A stretch of 41,203 nucleotides of DNA from a virus (taxonomy: Duplodnaviria; Caudoviricetes). This document shows positions 9,252 to 17,954 of this stretch, one piece after another. The notes under the pieces are model-generated. The model ran no database searches and was not told where the DNA came from. It was given only the letters and a program-made list of their open reading frames with translations. Made by a program: the position numbers and the translations under genes. Within the stretch, counting starts at the first letter, position 1. Each line of letters opens with the position of its first letter. The stretch is taken from positions 1-41,203 of IMG/VR virus record IMGVR_UViG_3300032116_000478. One strand, given 5' to 3'.

Positions 9252-9574
9252 ACTACGGATACCAAGGTGCGATGCCTTACGGTCAGGGCGGCATGACGCA
9301 GTTCGCTCCTCAGATGACTGCCATGATGCCGGGCACCGGATATGGCGCCCAGATGCCGCAGATCAACGTCGCCAACACCGCCGCCGAGGTTGAGCAGCAG
9401 CGCAAGCGGCTGAAGGCTTTGGGTCTCGACGACACCATGATCGACGACGCCTTGTCGTTCAAACAGGGCCTTTTCGAGAAGCGTGACGAGATGCAGGGTC
9501 AGGCTTTGGAGGCTATCGGTGGCGGTATCAAGTCTGCAGGTGCAGGCCTCAAGGGCCTTGCTTCCTCTCTGTGA
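9248..9574 (+). CDS. Hypothetical protein (possible small ejection protein)
   Basis: ATGA overlap; M/G/Q-rich; amphipathic Gly-rich C-terminus. Confidence 0.65.
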   Translation: MNYGYQGAMPYGQGGMTQFAPQMTAMMPGTGYGAQMPQINVANTAAEVEQQRKRLKALGLDDTMIDDALSFKQGLFEKRDEMQGQALEAIGGGIKSAGAGLKGLASSL

Positions 9575-9900
9575 TCAACAGGTTCCAGCGATGCATTGGG
9601 GTCACGCTGTTCAGGTTCGGTTCCTGGCAGCTTGAGGCTTGGTGCTGCCCCGCTGGAGAGGTCATCCCGTCGCACGTCCATCACGGCTTCGGTTCGCGCA
9701 TCATTCACATCCTTGGGACGATGCATTGGACGATGGGCGGAAAGTCCAAGGTTGTAACCACATGGCGCTGCGGCTGGTCTAAGCCCGTTCCTGCCGGAGT
9801 CAGCCACTCTGCAGTCGCAAAGAGCTTCTCGGTATTCCTGAACCTTGAGCGGTGGCAATCCAAGCCGACCTCGGCTTCCATCGACTTCCACCCGGCGTGA
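9571..9900 (+). CDS. Cupin-fold protein
   Basis: GTGA overlap; cupin motifs PAGEVIPSHVH and VPAGVSHSA. Confidence 0.65.
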   Translation: MINRFQRCIGVTLFRFGSWQLEAWCCPAGEVIPSHVHHGFGSRIIHILGTMHWTMGGKSKVVTTWRCGWSKPVPAGVSHSAVAKSFSVFLNLERWQSKPTSASIDFHPA

Positions 9901-10319
9901 ACAAGCTCGGCCAGCTCTACTTCGATGCAGCCGGTGGTAACCACAACGCCGTGGTGTTCATCACGGCATTCCATGCCTATTGCCACGCCATCGACGACCT
10001 GATCGACGGTGATGTCGCTTTCAGTCCCGAGGCCTTCCTCGACGTGCTGATGCAAGCCAACAGCCTCTACTCGACCCCGTTCTACATCGAGAACTGGTTC
10101 CGGCTGCAGCCTGTGATCGCCCAGATCACCAGCACCTATGCCGACTCTGTGGCTTGGGAGAAGGCCGACGAGGAGTGGAAGCGTCAGACATCAGATGTCC
10201 TACGGCTATGCGGTAACGACATGATCATCCAAGTGGCTTGGATCATTGGGGGTTACAAGCACATGAGGGCTATCAGCTTGAAACTGCGGGAGTTCGCGTA
10301 TCATTCTCAGCACAGCTAA
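9897..10319 (+). CDS. All-helical DDxxD protein (isoprenoid-synthase-like fold)
   Basis: GTGA overlap; HAIDDLIDGD motif. Confidence 0.6.
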   Translation: MNKLGQLYFDAAGGNHNAVVFITAFHAYCHAIDDLIDGDVAFSPEAFLDVLMQANSLYSTPFYIENWFRLQPVIAQITSTYADSVAWEKADEEWKRQTSDVLRLCGNDMIIQVAWIIGGYKHMRAISLKLREFAYHSQHS

Positions 10320-10323
10320 ATCT

Positions 10324-12165
10324 ATGGCAACCTACGGCTATTCCACACCATACACCGGACAGCAGGTGCAGACGCTGCCACCCGGCTATCTGGAGGCCGC
10401 AACCGCTCCTGGACGCAACCTGGCGATGGGCATTGCTGCCATGGGTCAGGGCCTCGGGAAGGCCATCGAGCAGTATCGCACCAAGAAGGCTGAGACCGAG
10501 GCTGCCACACAGAGCTGGGAGACTGTCTCCGGGCTGATGCAGCAGCAGTTGGCTTCGGACCCCAAGTACCTTGCCATTCAGCAGTACATGGAGACCGGTG
10601 CGCTCCCACAAGGCGTCACCGAGCAGGATATCCCGCGGTACACCCAGCAGGTGCAGGCCGACCGGGAGATGCTCAACAAGTTCTCGGCTCTCGGTGAGAA
10701 GTTTCCGGACATGAGCCTTGCCAAGAAGAAGGCGGCTCTTGGGGACGCTGTGATGGTGCTGAACCAGTACCGGACGGATCAGCAGAATCAGGTGCGCGAT
10801 GCGGCGGCTAGGCAGCAGTTGAGACTCGTTGAGTTGCAGTTGCAGGAGGCTCAAGACAAACGCAGGCAGAATGAGATCCTGACCAGTGCCATCAGATACG
10901 GCTTGGAACAGCCGACGACGACCACTCAGACGCAGCAGGTCACCGATACGATTGAGTTCCCACCGATGCCGGGTGTTCCTACGCCTGCCGTTCAATCAAC
11001 TCCGTCTCAGGCTGAAGCCACTGCTGCACGCTATTTCATGGGGCGCTACGGTCAGGCAGCTCAACAGCTTCAGCAGTACGGTGCCGGACTTGGAAGACAG
11101 GCAAACGCATTGAACGTGTCTCAAACGCCAAGATTTACTGGGCCTATTTCACTCGGCCAGGAAGACAATGAGGCGTATCTCAGTCAGCAGTTTGAATCTC
11201 CTATTGAGGCTGCGGCTAGGGCTGAAGCAAACACCCGCCTGAAGGAACAGCAGCTTGCCGAGTCTCAAGCGGCTCTTCAGCAGGCTGGAATCATGTCTAG
11301 GTCGCCTGCATTGAAGACGATTGGGCCTCGGACTTTGCAGCCTGCTCAAGAGACTGCTCCTATGCAGCAGCCTCCCGAGACGATCACGCGCAATGTTTCG
11401 ACTCAGGTTCCTATCAGCTATGAGGACCAGTCAAAGAGGCTGACGCAGTTCTTGGTTCAACAGGGTGCCAAGCCTGAGACGATTGCCATGGTTCCGCAGA
11501 TTCTGTCTATGGTCGGACAGCAGAGGCCTACCCGCGTTGAGCAGGTTGGAAACATTGGTTCTGTGGTTCGCTTTGGTAATGACAAGGAGCAGTTCGTTCC
11601 TGCAAAGGAGGCGAACATTGGAGATATGCTGAAGGTCAGGGGCCTGACCATCGACTTCCCTGAGTTCCGCGGAACTGCTCCTACTGAAGCCGAGGCTTCC
11701 AAGTTCCGCGAACAATATTCCAACGTGCTTGATAGCCGTAAGGCAATCGCTGAACTGTTGGACATCGCAAAAATGGGTACTGCTATGCAGCAGACCCCTG
11801 AGGTGAGGGCACGAGCCAACTCATTAGCTTCAGGTCTTCGAGGAATTGAACGCATCAACATTATTGGTCCGGGAACCATAACTCCTGAAGATTTCAAGCT
11901 GCTGAATAGCGTGATTCCAGATCCGACTTCAATTTTCTCGCTGAAGAAGTCGAACATTCAGGCGTTTGAGACGATGCTGCAAAAGTCTGCTAGGGCTATT
12001 GAATCAAGAGCCAAATCCATTGGACTTGAGGTGCTGAAGCCTGATCAGCAACAGACTGTTTCATCACTGTTGAACGACCCGAGAGTGGCTTCTATTCGCG
12101 CCCGAGCAGCTTCTGGCGCGATCACCCGCCAACAAGCCGCTCAAGAACTTAAATCTATCCAATGA
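10324..12165 (+). CDS. Putative DNA ejection/internal virion protein
   Basis: 613 aa; Q/A-rich helical with Gly-rich amphipathic N-terminus; precedes the giant ejection protein. Confidence 0.7.
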   Translation: MATYGYSTPYTGQQVQTLPPGYLEAATAPGRNLAMGIAAMGQGLGKAIEQYRTKKAETEAATQSWETVSGLMQQQLASDPKYLAIQQYMETGALPQGVTEQDIPRYTQQVQADREMLNKFSALGEKFPDMSLAKKKAALGDAVMVLNQYRTDQQNQVRDAAARQQLRLVELQLQEAQDKRRQNEILTSAIRYGLEQPTTTTQTQQVTDTIEFPPMPGVPTPAVQSTPSQAEATAARYFMGRYGQAAQQLQQYGAGLGRQANALNVSQTPRFTGPISLGQEDNEAYLSQQFESPIEAAARAEANTRLKEQQLAESQAALQQAGIMSRSPALKTIGPRTLQPAQETAPMQQPPETITRNVSTQVPISYEDQSKRLTQFLVQQGAKPETIAMVPQILSMVGQQRPTRVEQVGNIGSVVRFGNDKEQFVPAKEANIGDMLKVRGLTIDFPEFRGTAPTEAEASKFREQYSNVLDSRKAIAELLDIAKMGTAMQQTPEVRARANSLASGLRGIERINIIGPGTITPEDFKLLNSVIPDPTSIFSLKKSNIQAFETMLQKSARAIESRAKSIGLEVLKPDQQQTVSSLLNDPRVASIRARAASGAITRQQAAQELKSIQ

Positions 12166-15100
12166 CCCTATCCCAAGCGGACATCGACTCGTTGCTCGGG
12201 CCTGAACCAGCAGACAGCGTCGAAAGCCTGCTGGATGCCCCATTGACCGGCGAGGACATCTCGCTGGCGATGCAAGACCCGTCATTCACTCCTAGCAAGA
12301 GTGACTACCTGAAGTACGAGGAGTACGCCAAGACCAAGCAGACCGATTGGATCAACACTGCTGCTCAGGCCGCTGATGCTGCCATCGGAATGATTGGCAG
12401 TGCTGTTTCTCAGGGAGCTCAAGGAGCTGCTGCAAACCCTCTGAACTACATTGAGGGATTTGCCCAAGGAACTCGCCAGCTCTATGGCCTTGCGGCTCAG
12501 TCGCAAGACCCATCGTCACCGCTCTTCAAGTTCAAGGATCTAGTGGCAGGCACTGGCACCGAGGAATCGCGCTATCAGCAGTTCCTTGATGCGCGAGACT
12601 TTGCCAACACAACCGCCCGTCTTGAGCGTGGTGAAGAGGGTGTGATTGTTCCGCCTGAGTACACCAACCCGGAGTATGTGCAGGGCGTGTCGCTGATTCT
12701 CGACCCGACCCTGTTCGTTCCAGGTGTTGGTGAGATCCTTGGTGCTGGCAAACTGTCGGCAAAAGCTGTCGGCAAGGGCGCACAGCTTGCGGGACGTGCT
12801 GTTGCTGGCGTTGCAAAGCCTCTGGAGCGCTTTGCAGGCGCTGCCGAGCGCATGACAGCGGAAGCGCTTGGAATGACGCCAGAAGCGCTTCGCACCGCTG
12901 CTTCAACAGCCGGTGTTGCTGGTGCTCTTGGAATTGCTCCAGAGGCCGCAGCTTTTGCCGCTATCCCTGCCGGTATCCGTACCGCACGCGAGGCTGGTGA
13001 AGCACTGGCAATGGCCGGCGAGAACCTGATGACCCAGCCTTCCCGTGTTGGTCCATTGCAGGCCATCGGTGCCGCTCCGGGCGCCAACCTGCGCCAGCGT
13101 ATGCTGGGTGTGATCGGTCAGTACGGCGGAGATGCCGCGGTCGACGCTGCTCTGCGAGGCACTGCCGGTGGACTAGAGGGTGCCGTGTTGGGAACCGGCA
13201 TCGGATACCTTTCCGGTGGCGAGGAAGGCGCTGCTGCTGGACTCGGATCTGGTGCTGCTCAAGGTGCTCTTGGTGCTCTCGGTGGCCGTGCTTACCAGAA
13301 GCTCACCGGCAAGGCTGCCGCGGAAGCCCGTGCTGGAGACTTGGGGCGATTCATTGAAGGCCTGCAAGATCCGACGACCAAAGGCCTTTTCGAGCGTGTC
13401 CGAGATACGCACGGAGTCGATGCAGCCTCGGCGCTGATGGATGTTGAAGGACTGGTCAAAGGCCGGTTCGGTGATGTCGACATCAAGTACCTGTCGGACG
13501 TTGACTTCGTTGATCAGTACAAGGGCCGTGCCCGTGGCGTGCAGGTTGAGATTGGAGACCGACCGACCATCGTCATCAATGCCGACATCCTCGGCAAAGG
13601 CAAAGGCGACAGCCCCCTCTACACGCTGGGCCATGAGCTGTTCCATGCTCTTGAAAAGAGCGAGCAGCTCTCAGGTGGTGCCACCGAGATCAAGAACGCT
13701 CTTGTCGGTCGCTGGATTCAGGAAGGCGACGTCATTCGAAAGCTGGCCGATGGCGTTTTTAATGACGCCGAGATTGAGGCTAGGTTCAATGAGTACCGCG
13801 ACAAGCTGGCTGCTGGTAATGCCCAGCGTGCTGCAGAACTTGCCCAGTTCGACACGATCAACAAGAAGGCCGACTACATCGCTTCGGAGCTGGCTGCGGA
13901 ACACTTCGCAGCACTGATTGCTGGTCAGAAGCCTGATGCGATGCTCAAGGGCTTCTCAGGTCTTACTAGGCAGCTTCTTGACGCTGCGCTGACTCAGAAC
14001 GCCAGCAAGGCAATCGCCAACGCTGCCGCGGCTATTGAGCGCACCTTCGGCGTGAAACCGACAGACTCGGTGCTGTTCCCGGATCTGAAGCAGGCCTCGC
14101 CTCAGATCAACGCCATGCTGCGTGACCTGGTGCGTGCCCGTCGCAAGCTGGACGAGAAGATCATGCTAGACGACAGCCGCGGTGGCCGCGTGCTGAAGCC
14201 GGAGGATGTTTCTAACCCGTTGGCGGCTAAGGAACTGGTCGACCTTGGATTGGCCGAGCAGATGCCCGATGGAAGCATCAGGAACCTTTCTAGCGAAGAG
14301 ATCCGAGCACGCGACGACAAGGATCTGACATCGTTGCGATCCATTACCGAGAAGATTCCTGGAGCCAGACTTGTCGACGGTGAAATCACTGGTCGATTCA
14401 GCCCCGAGCAGCTCAGTGCCATCGAGCAATCGCAGACGATCAGCTCCCGGATGAAGGACAAGATCCGTGCCGTCAATTTGGCAATGGAGAATGGCAACAG
14501 CTTGTTCGTCACTTACTTTGCAGCACTTCGCCGAGTGAGGAATAGGCTCACTGGTAAGGATTCGCCCAAATACAGCAGCGGAATCAAAGTCAGCGAACGG
14601 GAGTTCTCTCCGTACAGTTTCTGGATCACAAAGGCTGACAATCCGGTGGTCAGGGCCATCGACATCACCAAGGTCCGAAACGAACTCAGCAAGCTGCTGA
14701 AGAAGGATGGAAGCATCGGTGGCCTGTGGAGCAACACAGATGGATTTATGACCGATCTGGCGAGGTACTTCACCAACCTCGACCAGAAAGAAGGTGCTCG
14801 CCGTTCCGCTGAGATCTTCGGAGTTGAGAAGGCCAAGTTCCTCGGTGACTTCGTAGGCGCTGCTGAGAAGAGCGGAAGCAAGTTCGTTCGCAGCTTCCGG
14901 CTGGATCGTGTTGGCTCGATGACTCCGATGGACTTCAAAGCGAAGTTCTCCGAGGAAGCCTACCAGCTATCGAAGCAGCGCTGGATGCCTGCCGAGACCA
15001 TCGGAGACAAGCTGGTCACCAACTCCGACGAGGGCTACCGCATTGTCAGCGGCGCCAAGCACCGACTCTACGGTCCCGACGGCAAGCTGATCGGGATCTA

Positions 15101-17954
15101 CGACACCCAAACCCAAGCAGAAAGGAAAGCAGATGCCACTCAAGCAAGGCTACAGCCAGAAGTCGATCAGCAGCAACGTGTCCCGGGAGATGAAGGCCGG
15201 CAAACCGCAGAAGCAGGCGGTGGCAATCGCGCTCTCGGTGGCACGGAAGGCGGCCAAGAAGGCCGGCAAGCCGACCGGACGGTTCGACAAGCGGGGGATG
15301 TGAGGTTCATGCCGATGTCGGATCTTGAACGGTCTGACATCGACTTGCGCATCAGCACCCGCAACCCGTCTGCCAAGAAGGCGACCGAGAACCCACTTAC
15401 ACAGCAGTTGTCGATTGACCTTGAGTCGATCACGCGCACTCCAGGTGCTTTGCCAGAAATCATCAACACGGTTGGGAAGTATCCTGGAATCAAGTTTGAG
15501 CGGTCTGGCTCAATGAACCGTGCGAAAGACTTCATTCGGTTCGTTGCAGACAACCTGATTTACCTGCACGACAGCGTTCAGCCTGAGATCAGGGATAGGT
15601 CGAAGCTCTGGTATGATGGAGCCAGAAAACTGACCGAGGATTGGTCGAAGCGATTCGACACCACCCGCGAAGGTGTTGCCGGAGTGATCGCATCGTTGTC
15701 TCCTCAGAAGGACTGGTATCAAAACGTGACCCTTGCGGAGAGGGTTTTCGAGGTTGTCAAAACCAAGCAGAACGAGGCGTTTACTGGGCCACTGGAGCAG
15801 TGGGCACGCAGCAAGATGACCTCTGGTCAAAGCCCGAAGCGCTTGGTTCAGGATGAGGTTATCAACGGCATGGCTGGGAAGAAGTTCTCTCAGCTTTCAG
15901 ACTATGAAAAGGCGGTCTTCGTTCGTGCATTTGATGAGGTCAACAACACCAGGACCTATCCAATCGTGTCTCCCGAAGGCAAGATGCTGGATATCGCTAG
16001 GAAGGCCGATGGAACGCCTGCAACCTATGCTTGGGGCGACTTCAATTCGATAGCCAAAGCGGTCAAGATTGCCGGAGATCCGACGAAGAAAACGATCTCT
16101 GAATCGCTAGGATACGAGCACAAGGTCCGCTCGTTCTACGACAACATCCTGCTCCCAAACAACCCGGAGCATGGAGATGTCACCATCGACACGCACGCCG
16201 TGGCCGCAGCGTTGATGCTGCCGCTTGCTGGTTCGGACGTGTATGTGGCGCACAACTTTGGACAGGGAGTCCCTGGAAGCAGCGTTTATGGAACCAGCGG
16301 CACCTATGGCATCTACGCTGATGCCTACAGACTTGCAGCCAAGGAACGCGGAATCCTTCCCCGTGAAATGCAGTCGATTACCTGGGAGGCAGTCCGAGGG
16401 CTGTTCACGCCAGAGTTCAAGACTGCTGGAAATAAAAAGTTGGTTGAAAACATCTGGAAAGAGTACAAGTCAGGAAAGGCCACCATTGATGAAACAAGAC
16501 AGCGCATCGTCGACACGGCAGGCGGAATCCGCAACCCAAGCTGGTTCGGATCCGGTGGTGCAGCAGTTGCGGAAAATGCGCCTGCCGTTAACCCGCGCCA
16601 ACTACCTGGCGCTGGCAATATGGGAGAATCGGGAGCCAACGCCGGAGGAGGAAGCAACCTTTCCAGAGCAGGTGCGCCGGAAGTAGGCAGCCAGCGCTTC
16701 ATGCCATCCGACACCGACTACCTGTCCGCGGTGAAAGCTGGCGACACGGCTGCCGCGCAGCGGATGGTCGATGAGGCGGCTAATGCGGCGGGGTACACGG
16801 TTGGGCCGGTGTGGCATGGTGGAGCAAAGCCGACGGTGTTCAACGTTCGCGCCGGAGAGAAGACATCAAGGCACGAATCGTCAGCACTTGGTTCATTTTT
16901 CTCTGATTCAGAAGAAACCGCGTCTCAATACGGAAACACTGCTCCGTATTTCCTGCGCATTGAAAACCCAATTGAACTCTCAGAAAGAGAGCAGTCCGCA
17001 TTGGATACCGTAGCGAAGGCGAGACTGTTCAGAATGAAGGCAAAGCAAGATGGGTTTGATGGGGCTATTATTAGGACTCAGGATGCGCCTGGATTCAAAG
17101 GAGGTACAGAATACGTTGCCTTCGACCCAACCCAGATCAAATCCGCCGAGCCAATCACCCGCGACAATCAAGGCAACGTCATCCCGCTCTCGCAGCGCTT
17201 CCAGACGAGCAGCGCGGATATCCGGTTCATGCCGGAGTCCATCCAACGCGACATCGGCCGCAATCAGGACTTCGCCAACCCGCCTACGGACACCGAGGCT
17301 GTCGATGCTTTGAGCTCGGAGAAAAAGGCAAAGTTTGGTGCTGCCAGAAACATCAAACCGGGCACTCAGGTGGCAGCACGCATCGACATCCCGGCCTTCC
17401 TGAGAACCGGAAAGTATGTGGTCGCTGTGCACGAGCCTGATGGCGCTGCTGGTGGACCTGGTAAGGTGATCGGATACGATACCGTGACCCGTTTGCAGAA
17501 CCCGAAGTTTGTGGTCAAACCCGGCGTGCAACGGATCTACGAGGGCAAGTCCGCCAAGTTCCCGGTGGCAACTGTCGACGGCAAGATCATGGCCGACAGA
17601 TCCATCCCGGATGACTTGGAGAACTATGTGCCAGTCGGTATGGACCCGAAGGAACACGCCTACTTCTACGACAAGCGCACCGATCAGCCCGTCATCGGTG
17701 GCTCTGAGTCTGTGAGCGTAGGCAACACGGTGTTCGTGAAGAACCCGGTGTATGGCGATCCCAGCCAGTTTGCCTTCATGCCCTCCCCCGACTCCTCGAT
17801 GCCCGGCGCCTACTCGTTCACCGGAGGCTACCGCGCACTTCCAGGAAAATCGAAAGGCAGCCTGCGGATTTACAGCCCTGCCGGCAGCCTGATCGGCATC
17901 GCGGCCAGCCTTGACGAGGCGCAGCGCATCATCCGAAAGAAGGCCAAGCAATGA
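12162..17954 (+). CDS. Large polyvalent ejection protein: Gly/Ala membrane-type region, zincin metallopeptidase-like domain, HhH-glycosylase-like domain, ADP-ribosyltransferase-like (ART-PolyVal) domain, unknown domains
   Basis: 1930 aa; LGHELFHALE (13632-13646) plus downstream ELAAE; WY...ASLSPQ..W..NV...KVRSFYDNI...VTIDTHA...MQSITW; AQRMVDEAA..AGY..VWHG...GFDG..EYVAFDPTQIKSA...IPLSQRF. Confidence 0.85.
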   Translation: MTLSQADIDSLLGPEPADSVESLLDAPLTGEDISLAMQDPSFTPSKSDYLKYEEYAKTKQTDWINTAAQAADAAIGMIGSAVSQGAQGAAANPLNYIEGFAQGTRQLYGLAAQSQDPSSPLFKFKDLVAGTGTEESRYQQFLDARDFANTTARLERGEEGVIVPPEYTNPEYVQGVSLILDPTLFVPGVGEILGAGKLSAKAVGKGAQLAGRAVAGVAKPLERFAGAAERMTAEALGMTPEALRTAASTAGVAGALGIAPEAAAFAAIPAGIRTAREAGEALAMAGENLMTQPSRVGPLQAIGAAPGANLRQRMLGVIGQYGGDAAVDAALRGTAGGLEGAVLGTGIGYLSGGEEGAAAGLGSGAAQGALGALGGRAYQKLTGKAAAEARAGDLGRFIEGLQDPTTKGLFERVRDTHGVDAASALMDVEGLVKGRFGDVDIKYLSDVDFVDQYKGRARGVQVEIGDRPTIVINADILGKGKGDSPLYTLGHELFHALEKSEQLSGGATEIKNALVGRWIQEGDVIRKLADGVFNDAEIEARFNEYRDKLAAGNAQRAAELAQFDTINKKADYIASELAAEHFAALIAGQKPDAMLKGFSGLTRQLLDAALTQNASKAIANAAAAIERTFGVKPTDSVLFPDLKQASPQINAMLRDLVRARRKLDEKIMLDDSRGGRVLKPEDVSNPLAAKELVDLGLAEQMPDGSIRNLSSEEIRARDDKDLTSLRSITEKIPGARLVDGEITGRFSPEQLSAIEQSQTISSRMKDKIRAVNLAMENGNSLFVTYFAALRRVRNRLTGKDSPKYSSGIKVSEREFSPYSFWITKADNPVVRAIDITKVRNELSKLLKKDGSIGGLWSNTDGFMTDLARYFTNLDQKEGARRSAEIFGVEKAKFLGDFVGAAEKSGSKFVRSFRLDRVGSMTPMDFKAKFSEEAYQLSKQRWMPAETIGDKLVTNSDEGYRIVSGAKHRLYGPDGKLIGIYDTQTQAERKADATQARLQPEVDQQQRVPGDEGRQTAEAGGGNRALGGTEGGQEGRQADRTVRQAGDVRFMPMSDLERSDIDLRISTRNPSAKKATENPLTQQLSIDLESITRTPGALPEIINTVGKYPGIKFERSGSMNRAKDFIRFVADNLIYLHDSVQPEIRDRSKLWYDGARKLTEDWSKRFDTTREGVAGVIASLSPQKDWYQNVTLAERVFEVVKTKQNEAFTGPLEQWARSKMTSGQSPKRLVQDEVINGMAGKKFSQLSDYEKAVFVRAFDEVNNTRTYPIVSPEGKMLDIARKADGTPATYAWGDFNSIAKAVKIAGDPTKKTISESLGYEHKVRSFYDNILLPNNPEHGDVTIDTHAVAAALMLPLAGSDVYVAHNFGQGVPGSSVYGTSGTYGIYADAYRLAAKERGILPREMQSITWEAVRGLFTPEFKTAGNKKLVENIWKEYKSGKATIDETRQRIVDTAGGIRNPSWFGSGGAAVAENAPAVNPRQLPGAGNMGESGANAGGGSNLSRAGAPEVGSQRFMPSDTDYLSAVKAGDTAAAQRMVDEAANAAGYTVGPVWHGGAKPTVFNVRAGEKTSRHESSALGSFFSDSEETASQYGNTAPYFLRIENPIELSEREQSALDTVAKARLFRMKAKQDGFDGAIIRTQDAPGFKGGTEYVAFDPTQIKSAEPITRDNQGNVIPLSQRFQTSSADIRFMPESIQRDIGRNQDFANPPTDTEAVDALSSEKKAKFGAARNIKPGTQVAARIDIPAFLRTGKYVVAVHEPDGAAGGPGKVIGYDTVTRLQNPKFVVKPGVQRIYEGKSAKFPVATVDGKIMADRSIPDDLENYVPVGMDPKEHAYFYDKRTDQPVIGGSESVSVGNTVFVKNPVYGDPSQFAFMPSPDSSMPGAYSFTGGYRALPGKSKGSLRIYSPAGSLIGIAASLDEAQRIIRKKAKQ
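15133..15303 (+). CDS. Nested +1-frame gene: small basic protein MPLKQGYSQKSISSNVSREMKAGKPQKQAVAIALSVARKAAKKAGKPTGRFDKRGM
   Basis: Read manually (56 aa, not in the ORF track); AAAGGA at 15121-15126 before the ATG; matches the MPLKxGxSxxxISxN...GKPQKQAVAIALS pattern of stand-alone small phage genes. Confidence 0.8.
   Translation: MPLKQGYSQKSISSNVSREMKAGKPQKQAVAIALSVARKAAKKAGKPTGRFDKRGM
16489..16686 (+). CDS. Nested +1-frame gene: 65-aa protein ...DPVVQQLRKMRLPLTRANYLALAIWENREPTPEEEATFPEQVRRK
   Basis: AGGAAAGG ~9 nt upstream of the ATG; protein-like C-half while the host frame is a G/A-rich linker; stops 5 nt before the QRFMP junction. Confidence 0.68.
   Translation: MKQDSASSTRQAESATQAGSDPVVQQLRKMRLPLTRANYLALAIWENREPTPEEEATFPEQVRRK

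Noticed and set aside
17050-17313. Possible third nested +1 ORF in the ART module
   Set aside because: S/R/P-rich shadow composition; overlaps conserved catalytic sequence rather than a linker and crosses the junction
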